NCBI GenBank assembly: GCA_036170915.1 | Contig: JAVHQC010000033.1 | Coordinates: 265,889-329,888 of the forward strand | DNA length: 64,000 bases | Origin: Cyanobacteria bacterium auto_48_18 | GTDB lineage: Bacteria; Cyanobacteriota; Vampirovibrionia; Obscuribacterales; Obscuribacteraceae | Direction: 5' to 3' | Shown: positions 56,701 to 64,000 of the stretch, piece after piece | Layout of the letters: the number at the start of each line of letters is the position of its first letter | Numbering within the stretch: the stretch's first letter is position 1 | Made by a program: the position numbers and the translations under genes | The notes under the pieces: model-generated | Databases searched by the model: none | Told to the model about the DNA's origin: nothing | Seen by the model: only the letters and a program-made list of their open reading frames with translations

Positions 56701-58764
56701 AAGCGTCGCCGCTATGTAGTCAAGGAAAAAGAAACCCTTGAGTCTATAGCCAAGAAGCAATGTCGTGATGTGCGTTTGGCAGCCCTCCTCTATGAAATCA
56801 ACAAACACATGCTTCCTGTGCGCATGGAGAAGGGTAAGCAAGTAGTTGATCCCAGACCTGGTACTGCCATATGGCTGCCTTCTGATTCTGACATAAAGGA
56901 ATTCCGCAGCAGGCTTTATGCTGCTCCAAAACCAGGGGCTTCACTCGCTGGAGGTGGCGCTAAATTTGCCAATGCTGATGAAGAACTTGCTTCTAAGTTC
57001 GGCGCCGATTGGGATGGCACTAAGCAAGGAAGTTCTGTTTCAGCGGGCTTGATGGGTTCAGCTGTCGCAAAAAGCCAAAGCCGCCGAGAGAATATAGAAA
57101 AAATCCTTGGACCAATGGCCGGTAAAGCGGGCGATTCGACTCGCATTCGTTATATCGTTCGCCTGACAGATTCTATTGAATCAGTAGCAGCTAAACACCC
57201 TGCCCTTAAAGATGTTGAGCTGTGGCCACTTCTGGCTAGTTTAAATGGCTTGTCCACAGAAGTCGATGATTCAGATCGCCCTCTGGCTGAGCTGCGCCGA
57301 GGAATGGTTCTCGATATACCTCTACCCGCAGAAATCTTGCAATTCAGGACGGGTGAATTTGAAGCAGATGCTGACGATGTAGTTGATGTTTCTGATGCAC
57401 AGGAAAGTGAAGCTCTAGCTCCGACCACAGAAAGTAAGGCTGAGGCTAGTGAACTTGACTGGGAATCGACGGTTTCTTCACCCGCGCTACCCCTACCGGC
57501 AAAACCTTTAGTGCAAGGCCCTCAGTCACAGTCTTTAACGCAAGCTTCGGTGACGCCAAAGCCACTTCCCCAACCCTTTGTGTTGCCGGCCAGTTCGCCT
57601 AACGTAGCCAGCGAACCGGTGCAACCAATTCCGCCTATTCAGCCTCTCAATAAACCGACAGCTTCTCCTGCTCCAGCAGTAGTGAAGCCCGTAGTTCCAG
57701 AAATACAAACTGCTTCAGCGCCACCAGCTGCAGTGCCGATTCCAGCTTTGAATGCCAACCCAACTCCCACCATATCTCCCTATGAGGCCGCACAGGCTGC
57801 TGGTCAGCAAATGAGAATGTCTGCGAGTGAAACTTCTCATAGTTTGCCGGTAACTTCGACTCCCGGTCAGGCAAACCTTTCGGCCAATGCTGAGACCACC
57901 GCATTGCCTACAGTCAAACCAGCATTTCCATTCATGGCGGGAGCCGCGCCGCAGAGTGCTCCTGTTGGGAAATCTCCTGGCCAACCAGGGCAACCGCTGC
58001 AAAGTCCACAACAGTCTCAGGTTCAACCGGTAATTCAGTCTACCGCACAACCAGCTGCGCAAATTTCTGCTTCAGCTTCAGCACCATCACCGGTACCAGC
58101 CCCCGCGGCACCACCATCTGGACTCTCAACCTCTATGCAAATGCAGGCGCGTCCACCGCAGGCACCACCATCGGTGCCACCAGGTACGACCTTCAGCTCA
58201 GTTTTGCCGACGCGAACTCATCAACAACTCAATGCCCAGAGCCAGTCGCAGTCACAACAAGCTCAGTCAAACTCGCAACCAATGCAAGCCCATAACCAGG
58301 TTCAATCTGCCACACCTTCTCCAGTGCAGTCGGCTTCGCAGATCGAAACCAACCCTGCATTGAACGCTCTACCCGCATCGGCTGGTCAACCTGCTTCAGG
58401 GCAATCGCTAAACATTCTCGATCAGCCCCCGATCGATGCCGGTGATCGGTTTATCTGGCAGTTGGATGCCAGTGTGCGCCTTGTAAAGTCGTCAATCAAG
58501 TGGGATCCGGCTATCGGCGTTTTCCGTTCGCAGTTAGAATTGCTGCTAAATGAAATCTGGTATCCAGTTATCTTCTACGAAGTTTATCCCAATATGGCTG
58601 TACGTCACGAATACGTCGGCGGCGGACGTAAAAAGTCAGTGAAGATGGACTTGCCTCCAATTCCGGCGCAGCAGTTGGCTGACAACGATCTGATAAACAA
58701 TTGGCAGCGTTATTGCCACACATTTGTCAGTCAATTCAACGGTCCACCCAGCCAGACTCTTTAA
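53713..58764 (+). CDS. Giant repeat-rich protein (3 unnamed modules, Pro-rich repeats, coiled coil, 2 LysM-like domains, unnamed CTD)
   Basis: 1683-aa ORF, AGGA RBS, no signal peptide, internal repeats visible. Confidence 0.88.
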   Translation: MPKNAAPDDATNQSAETTKGTTGDANVNTNLRKSAGAAVADKTAPVESSGSSTHELLMDASGKEVLPRAGTVNSTARQFEDDVTSGGAVRVRPSTMDIDGKPVAGRSYTREGQEFFVSTDGDQRRKYTVTRSDDGTPTLEPFRRQQRTDGENPSNRRNGFGNNDGDGRPNADGRPNNLTSDGRPRTEGRPTTEGRPTTEGRPTTEGRPTTEGRPTETDVRSNNEGRTRIETPTRVDQTTVNPEVRLGQQPLQNGGNERPLRNTTIMEIDGRQVSGRSIIARDGQEVFIAAEGNQPRRFNVTRDGDNPPVLEPRPRRTEGDGRPPGQPENKPETRVEVRPEVRPEVRPEVKPEVRAEVRPEVRTTPRLETTAVVPEVRQPAPLGLQPAEGRRPERVTLEIDGRPVTGRFFTTRDGQEIFATREGEERRRYNVVRGEDGQPVDLRRIEGQLPRRSEGEGDGKPNNRPEIKPEVVRPEIKPTGEVKPGQPLIEIPKPGQIPGQQIPGQQVPIPRVEVPGSVLPKGEQPGQPRIDQPGLPRGDQPRVDLPGMPKGDLPGMPRLDQPGQPRVDQPGFPRGDQPRVDLPGMPKGEMPVVPKGEMPVVPKGDLPGLPKIDQAGLIKPGEGVQVGGKAAEVAAQLAAMVKPADQAGLTVKTALDQAGQNLKPVDVLNLKPGEQVTTAGVKPVDLTLAGKPIDTAVKVDLNALGKLGEELKGVNKSLLQTPLDGKLGADGLAAKDLTTKSIVSEVRVLPTQTNQAVLSDMAKALGITIDSKTTDGKTVTTDVRLAEATLKAASEVTKTPVAEAGKMSVELGTRGEIRLEGRQLDTVRADNLPVQKQNPTNELSGVKDARPDALTNTKAELVGKLDPTRAENQTQKVDVNTGLVPGLPGGRVESERAVRADQVQITTDKVDPSTLVKTEKEVGRADSDTTSSAAKFDELIDKAKKQKEDDRADEEELLNQRSAMMMALLAQKKQQQEQEEKEFQLRHEDAKKKGEDKRRRYVVKEKETLESIAKKQCRDVRLAALLYEINKHMLPVRMEKGKQVVDPRPGTAIWLPSDSDIKEFRSRLYAAPKPGASLAGGGAKFANADEELASKFGADWDGTKQGSSVSAGLMGSAVAKSQSRRENIEKILGPMAGKAGDSTRIRYIVRLTDSIESVAAKHPALKDVELWPLLASLNGLSTEVDDSDRPLAELRRGMVLDIPLPAEILQFRTGEFEADADDVVDVSDAQESEALAPTTESKAEASELDWESTVSSPALPLPAKPLVQGPQSQSLTQASVTPKPLPQPFVLPASSPNVASEPVQPIPPIQPLNKPTASPAPAVVKPVVPEIQTASAPPAAVPIPALNANPTPTISPYEAAQAAGQQMRMSASETSHSLPVTSTPGQANLSANAETTALPTVKPAFPFMAGAAPQSAPVGKSPGQPGQPLQSPQQSQVQPVIQSTAQPAAQISASASAPSPVPAPAAPPSGLSTSMQMQARPPQAPPSVPPGTTFSSVLPTRTHQQLNAQSQSQSQQAQSNSQPMQAHNQVQSATPSPVQSASQIETNPALNALPASAGQPASGQSLNILDQPPIDAGDRFIWQLDASVRLVKSSIKWDPAIGVFRSQLELLLNEIWYPVIFYEVYPNMAVRHEYVGGGRKKSVKMDLPPIPAQQLADNDLINNWQRYCHTFVSQFNGPPSQTL
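54253..54360 (+). repeat. 18-bp tandem repeat x6 coding (E/D)GRPTT
   Basis: GAAGGCAGACCAACAACA-type units, in frame. Confidence 0.9.
54706..54798 (+). repeat. 12-bp degenerate repeats coding RPEV
   Basis: EVRPEVRPEVRPEVKPEVRAEVRPEVR. Confidence 0.8.
55275..55555 (+). repeat. Degenerate Pro/Gly repeats (PGQPRVDQPGxPRGDQPRVDLPGMPKG)
   Basis: Repeated peptide units in the translation. Confidence 0.75.
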
Positions 58765-59049
58765 GACGAAGATTAAAATTGAAAATTTGGCCAATTTTGG
58801 CCCTCCTGCCAATAAAAATGTTGGCTGGACGACAGTTATCGCGCTGTTCAGGTAGTATATTAATAGCCGTTAATGTTGGCCAGGTTTTGCCTTTTTGTCC
58901 TTTTGCTCTCAGGGGTGAGTGGGGCAAGTTGAAATTTCAGATTATAAAAGGCTCTTGACCACTTTTCGATGTTAGCCATTCGGCTATTCAGTGCATAAAT
59001 AAGTTAGTAGACATAATTATTTTCAGCATTTTTACCAGGACCTAATTCG

Positions 59050-62000
59050 TTGAGCGAAGAAGAAGTAAAAAAGGCCAAAGAGGTCGAAGAGACTGTCGAT
59101 AAGGCGCAGACTAAGGATTCGTCCGTTAAGTCTGGGCTTGGCTCAGATAAGGCCGAGTCGAAGGCAATTCTCGACAAGTTCGATAAGACCGTTGACAGTG
59201 TCACCGACACGTCAGATTTTGGCAGCGTAATTATCGACGATGGAACTAAGAAAGGCTCTGAGACCGCGATCGATAAGGACGTCGAAAAGAACTCTGCTAA
59301 AAATGTCGAAGAAAAGAAGGCCGTCAAAGACGTCAATGAGCCACCAGTTTCAAGCGGCGGAACACAAAAGACTGAACTCAATTTTACACCCCCGCCCTTA
59401 GAGAGCGGTTCTCAGACCACAGCAAAAGCCGAGAATACAATTTCAGCACCAAGCGCAGCTCAAATTTTGCGCGGCGAAGGCGACGTCAAAAAGCCTGTAG
59501 TTGAAGAAGCGCCGATGTCGATGAACGCTGAAGAGATTATCGCTAAGGCCTACGCTGAAGAAGCCGCGCGTACTAAAGCAGTCAATGCCTCGGTTTTTAA
59601 ATCTGGAACAGTGGTAGACGCAGGATTACCACCTACATCAAGCGATACGTATTTCGGCATTGACGGTGCCACCACTTCAATTGGAGCCGGTTCTGGCAAC
59701 TCGGGCTCTAACGGGTCTGGTTCGCTGGACAGGCCAAACGAAAATAAGAAACCGTTCGAAGACCCAATTAAACTTTCAATAGATACAGGTGTCAGCAATC
59801 CAGCCGCTGGAGGTTTAGACATCGGCTTGCCACCGCTATCTGGTGAGGGCGGAGCAGTCTTGGGTTCAGCTTCCAGCGATGGTGGCACCACTGATGCTTC
59901 CAGCGCTGATATTCCTCGCATTGATGTCAACGGCAATGTTGTTACTAGCGCTGATATTCCTCGCACTGATGTTAACGGCAATGTTGTCGCTAGCGCTGAT
60001 ATTCCTCGCACTGATGTTAATGGCACTGTTGTTGCCAGCGCTGATATTCCTCGCACTGATGTTAATGGCAATGTTGTCGCTAGCGCTGATATTCCTCGCA
60101 GTGATGTCAACGGCACTGATATTACCAACACTAAAAACACTGGCACCACCAGTGGTGCTGGCGCGGAAGTCGCTGTCGTCGCAGTTAAACAACTCGAGCC
60201 CGTTGTTGAAAGACCTGTACCGGTAGAAGTGTTGGCGGTCGGCGCCAATTCTGGCAAAACTGGTGATGTAAACGTCAGCGGCGTGCCAATTCCACAAAAA
60301 GAAATAAGCACCATAGACGACAAGCTTGAGGTGCCTAAGGTCGAGACTAAAGTTGTTTACCCGGTCTTTGACGAAAAAGGTCGAATTGTCGCCTCGCAGG
60401 ACGCCAAAGGTAATGTCACTAAGTTTGGTTACGATGCCGATGGTAAGGCCGCTGAAATTAATAGTCCGGCGGGCGAGCTTAAGTACAATGCCACCACCAA
60501 AGTTTGGGAAGGCAAAGACAAAGATGGCAATACTCTTAATGTGAGTGATGTCAAATTTGATAACGCAGGAAATATTGATCTTAAGTTAGCTGACGGCTCT
60601 AGGAAAGAGTTGCGTGCTGATGGCAGCGCCACTTTGACCGCTGCAGACAGCAGCAAAAGAGAGTTGGATAAACTTGGTAACACTACCAAAACTGTGAGCG
60701 CAACTGGTGAGACCAGCACGTTTAAGTACAATGAAAAGAACGAACTTGTAGAAGTGAACAGCCCCATGGGCGCCTATAAGCTCGACTCAGACGGTAAGTG
60801 GTCCGGCCCACGTGGTGACGTATCTAAAATTCAAGTCGATCCTAAAGACGGCAGCGTTCTCTTCAACTTCAATGACGGTAGCGTCATTAATCGCAAGATG
60901 GACGGGGCACGCACTGAATTTGACAGCGATGGAGTTTCGATCAGGGCATACAATCCAAAAGGTCAGCTCGCAGAAATGTGGAGCCCTAATGGTGACTACT
61001 CTGAGTTTAAGTATGATGCTAAAGGCAATCGTACCGAGATGACCCTATGGCAGGGCGAACATGCCCGAGACGCCTCTGGACCAGTTGTGTTTAAAGCCGA
61101 AACGCCTGGTGGCCCACTCGTTGACGTCGAGAAGAAATACAAAAGCGTTGAAGTTGATAGCAAGACCGGCGACATAACTTACACACATGCCAACGACAGT
61201 AAATCGATTCAGCATCTCGACGGACGACGTGACGAGATTATCGGTGTAGAGCCAAACGCGGTAAAAACATTTAGTGATACCGACGGCAATATAGTCAAAG
61301 TTACCAGCGTCACAGGAGAAAGCACTACTTTCAAATATGAGAACAACAAGCTCGTTGAAACCACAGGACCTTTAGGCACGTTTAAACAAAAAGCTGATGG
61401 CTCATGGGAAGGGCCACAGGGAAATGTCGATAAAATCGGCGTTGCTGCGGATGGTACGCTAACGCTTACTTACAAAGACGGTTCGCGCATGGAGCGGTCT
61501 ACTGACGGCAGCCGCCTTGAGTTTAGTGCTGACTCTCAATCTATTAGAGAGTACAACGCCACCGGTTTGCTCACAAAAATGTGGTCCGGCAATGGTGACT
61601 ATTCCACCTTTGAATATAATGAGAAAGGCGAACGCACCTCAATGACTCTTTGGCCGGGCACAGAAGGCGGCGAGTACGGCGACTACTCGCAGCGCTACGT
61701 TGCCGATGTACCTGGCGGCCCCATGTACGATGCTTCCGGAATGTCGAGCGTATCAGTCGATAGCAAAACCGGTGACATAATCACGGTCACAGGGGGGCGC
61801 ACCGAGCTACAGCACATTGATGGCAGCAAAGAAGTAACCATCGAAGGTTCGCCGAATTCGACACAGACTTTCACTGATAAAAATGGAAATATCATCAAGT
61901 CTATTAACAGCGATGGTGGTGTTTCGACCTTTGACTATGTAGACGGAAAGCTTACTAAAGCCACTCTATCGTCACCTGCCGGGGAGTGGACAGTACAGCC

Positions 62001-64000
62001 TGATGGGTCATTTAGTAATGGCAAAGAGTCAATTACCTCATTGAGAGGTTTGGAAAATGGCAGCATCAGTTATAGAGACAGCAAAGGTCTTGACACCATA
62101 CTTGATACCGCTGGAAATCGCACCGTTTATGACAAAGATTCCATAAAAACATTTGACAAGAATAATCGCTTGACCGAAATGTTTGATAAGACCGACAATT
62201 TTAAATATACATTCCATTATGACTCAAAAGGGATGCTGGACCAAGTCACCAATAAGAGTGGCACGTGGTCTCGCGTTGGTGATGTTGATGCCAATGGTGT
62301 TGCTGCGTGGGTTAATCCTGCCAGGCCTGATTTTAAGTGGGAAGGCAAGAATTCTACCGATGGTGGCAATTACACTCACACTCGAGTGAATTACGATCAT
62401 TCTGAAGTCAAGAAAGACAAAGACGACAGAGTAGTGTCTGTTACTAATCCTAACGGTAGCGAGTACAAATATAATCGCGATGCCAGTGGTGCAGTTACTG
62501 GTATCGAATATAGTGCTGACGGAAAAACTTTCACTAAGCTTGATACAAAGGGCGGAAAAATCGAGATTCTCGATAACGGCTTGCCGAAGGTAACAGATGC
62601 CAAAGGTGCGGTGACAACCTTTGCGGGCGATGGCCACTTCACTCAAGTAGACAGCTCAGGCAAACGAATTGCCGAATCTGATAAGAAAGGCAACGTCTAT
62701 AATTTCGATCAAGCTGGTCAAATTACGTCCATTAAAACCGGCAGTACTTTGTTGGAGAGAAATGCAGACGGCAGCTGGCAGAAATCTGTCATTGGAGCTG
62801 ACGGTGTCGCCAAGCTTGACCCCAAATTTACATTTACTGGTCAGATTACTTTCGATAACAAGACTGGTCTACAACAATGGGCGAGCGCTGATGGTACTTA
62901 TCGCAAGAGTGTCACACCATGGGGCAGCACGAGCGAGAGCTACATAGGTGCCGATGGTAAAATTGCCAAGCAGATTGACACCAATAGAACCACCAGAACC
63001 GAAACCAACTTTTCTGATGGCGTTCGGGTCAACACTGTCGAAAAAGATGCGAAAACCGGGCGAATCAATAGTATTAGTGATGCTGGCCAGCCTCCTCTGA
63101 AGACCACCTTGCAGTACGACGCTGCAGGTAAATTAGCTTCGATCACCGATGCTGGTGGCAATAAAGTGCTTGTTAATTCCACGCAGAATATCAAAGTAGA
63201 CGGTAGTGGAACAATCACTGTGACTGACTCTGCAAAGAATACGCAGACAGTCTTCAACGCTAATGGCAAAACGATCATTAACTTGCTGGATAACAGTAGA
63301 GATTCTTACGGTGCCACAGGTGTCTACCTCGCTCATGAGACTGGCTCTCGTGTCGGTCGATTACCGGGCACACAGGTGGAAGTTCCTCCTACTGGAAGAC
63401 CCGAGTCTCGACCTGAAACAAGACCGGAGCCAAAACCTGAAGCAAGACCTGAAGCCAGACCTGAGCCCAGGCCAGAGCCAAAACCTGAAGCAAGACCTGT
63501 TCCTGCGGAGACTGCAGATGGTCGACCGACTACAAACGTACCAGTTGTTGAGCGTCCTACGACTAGCACCACACCTGTGGATGCCTCTAAGCTTGCAACC
63601 GACAACAGGCAACCAACCACAACTACAACTACGGCTCCAGTAGATGCAACCAAACAAACTTCAGGCACTGATATTAAGGTAGGTACCACTCCTCCTGTGA
63701 CAGTGCCAGGAACTCAGCCCAATACCACAGACACCAGGCCCGCAGGTCCACCGCCACCACCACTATCAGAGAGGGTTATATCTACCGAACGGCCAGCTGC
63801 AGGCACTGCTCCTGTGGCCGAGAAGCCAGGTGGGTCGGTGCTGGTTGGCAATCAGGTCGATGCCACAAGAGCTACGACCCAGGTAGAAGCGCCAAGAGGG
63901 ACGACAGTTGAAGCCGCTCCGAAAGCGGCGACAGTTGAAGCCGCCCCGAAAGCGGCGACAGTTGAAGCCGCTCCGAAAGCGGCGACAGTTGAAGCCGCCC
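59050..64000 (+). CDS. Giant YD/RHS-like repeat protein, partial (runs off the window end, >1650 aa)
   Basis: Frame 1 translated by hand with no stop from TTG 59050 (AGGA RBS; previous in-frame stop at 59014) to 64000; 'FDEKGRIVASQDAKGNVTKFGYDADGK', 'FKYDAKGNRTEM', 'LQYDAAGKLASITDAGG'. Confidence 0.9.
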   Translation, partial: MSEEEVKKAKEVEETVDKAQTKDSSVKSGLGSDKAESKAILDKFDKTVDSVTDTSDFGSVIIDDGTKKGSETAIDKDVEKNSAKNVEEKKAVKDVNEPPVSSGGTQKTELNFTPPPLESGSQTTAKAENTISAPSAAQILRGEGDVKKPVVEEAPMSMNAEEIIAKAYAEEAARTKAVNASVFKSGTVVDAGLPPTSSDTYFGIDGATTSIGAGSGNSGSNGSGSLDRPNENKKPFEDPIKLSIDTGVSNPAAGGLDIGLPPLSGEGGAVLGSASSDGGTTDASSADIPRIDVNGNVVTSADIPRTDVNGNVVASADIPRTDVNGTVVASADIPRTDVNGNVVASADIPRSDVNGTDITNTKNTGTTSGAGAEVAVVAVKQLEPVVERPVPVEVLAVGANSGKTGDVNVSGVPIPQKEISTIDDKLEVPKVETKVVYPVFDEKGRIVASQDAKGNVTKFGYDADGKAAEINSPAGELKYNATTKVWEGKDKDGNTLNVSDVKFDNAGNIDLKLADGSRKELRADGSATLTAADSSKRELDKLGNTTKTVSATGETSTFKYNEKNELVEVNSPMGAYKLDSDGKWSGPRGDVSKIQVDPKDGSVLFNFNDGSVINRKMDGARTEFDSDGVSIRAYNPKGQLAEMWSPNGDYSEFKYDAKGNRTEMTLWQGEHARDASGPVVFKAETPGGPLVDVEKKYKSVEVDSKTGDITYTHANDSKSIQHLDGRRDEIIGVEPNAVKTFSDTDGNIVKVTSVTGESTTFKYENNKLVETTGPLGTFKQKADGSWEGPQGNVDKIGVAADGTLTLTYKDGSRMERSTDGSRLEFSADSQSIREYNATGLLTKMWSGNGDYSTFEYNEKGERTSMTLWPGTEGGEYGDYSQRYVADVPGGPMYDASGMSSVSVDSKTGDIITVTGGRTELQHIDGSKEVTIEGSPNSTQTFTDKNGNIIKSINSDGGVSTFDYVDGKLTKATLSSPAGEWTVQPDGSFSNGKESITSLRGLENGSISYRDSKGLDTILDTAGNRTVYDKDSIKTFDKNNRLTEMFDKTDNFKYTFHYDSKGMLDQVTNKSGTWSRVGDVDANGVAAWVNPARPDFKWEGKNSTDGGNYTHTRVNYDHSEVKKDKDDRVVSVTNPNGSEYKYNRDASGAVTGIEYSADGKTFTKLDTKGGKIEILDNGLPKVTDAKGAVTTFAGDGHFTQVDSSGKRIAESDKKGNVYNFDQAGQITSIKTGSTLLERNADGSWQKSVIGADGVAKLDPKFTFTGQITFDNKTGLQQWASADGTYRKSVTPWGSTSESYIGADGKIAKQIDTNRTTRTETNFSDGVRVNTVEKDAKTGRINSISDAGQPPLKTTLQYDAAGKLASITDAGGNKVLVNSTQNIKVDGSGTITVTDSAKNTQTVFNANGKTIINLLDNSRDSYGATGVYLAHETGSRVGRLPGTQVEVPPTGRPESRPETRPEPKPEARPEARPEPRPEPKPEARPVPAETADGRPTTNVPVVERPTTSTTPVDASKLATDNRQPTTTTTTAPVDATKQTSGTDIKVGTTPPVTVPGTQPNTTDTRPAGPPPPPLSERVISTERPAAGTAPVAEKPGGSVLVGNQVDATRATTQVEAPRGTTVEAAPKAATVEAAPKAATVEAAPKAATVEAA
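59902..60117 (+). repeat. 45-bp tandem repeat, about 5 units, coding SADIPRTDVNGNVVA
   Basis: AGCGCTGATATTCCTCGC... units, in frame. Confidence 0.92.
63400..63498 (+). repeat. 12-bp degenerate repeats coding (R/K)PE(S/T/P/A)
   Basis: RPESRPETRPEPKPEARPEARPEPRPEPKPEARP. Confidence 0.85.
63904..64000 (+). repeat. 27-bp tandem repeat coding TVEAAPKAA (truncated by the window end)
   Basis: ACAGTTGAAGCCGCYCCGAAAGCGGCG, three full units plus a partial one. Confidence 0.92.

Noticed and set aside
59902..60117. 45-bp repeats as a CRISPR array
   Set aside because: Units are near-identical with no unique spacers, their length is a multiple of 3 and in frame within a CDS, and there are no cas genes. 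The same applies to the repeats at 54253 and 63904.
59004..63689. Numerous listed short ORFs (e.g. 59550-60323 minus, 59843-60226 plus)
   Set aside because: They are antisense or alternate-frame shadows of the giant frame-1 ORF and its tandem repeats.

Overview
Bacterial chromosomal window, about 47-50% GC by eye, with dense coding and many lineage-specific secreted proteins. The style suggests a non-photosynthetic cyanobacterial relative (Vampirovibrionia/Obscuribacterales-like), but that placement is my inference only. Recognisable content: a DUF2207 membrane protein, czcBA-type RND efflux, Spy/CpxP, dnaK-msrA, an OmpA-domain protein, a trypsin-like protease, a SWIM/DUF5691/MoxR-AAA/DUF5682/VWA (yehLMPQ-like) operon, ppk2, a TPR-kinase-2xDUF4279 operon, an NO-detox module (rubredoxin-ric-qNor divergent from Rrf2), a tRNA-His islet with an intact BrnT/BrnA-like TA pair and a frameshifted AbrB antitoxin, feoB, an M16 peptidase, DinG, pit-usp and a GT9. 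Best novelty candidates: (1) four paralogues of an unnamed secreted family (WY[RK][IL]PxW[FL]xG ... RGxQxDxxGxxW ... L[IL]P) that bracket both the metal-efflux and the NO-detox modules as inverted pairs; (2) a 52.4-64 kb locus of signal-peptide-less proteins, in which a divergent pair shares LysM-like domains and an unnamed C-terminal domain, followed by a >1650-codon YD/RHS-like ORF (59050 to the window end) that is missing from the supplied ORF track. All family calls are from motif recognition, not database searches.
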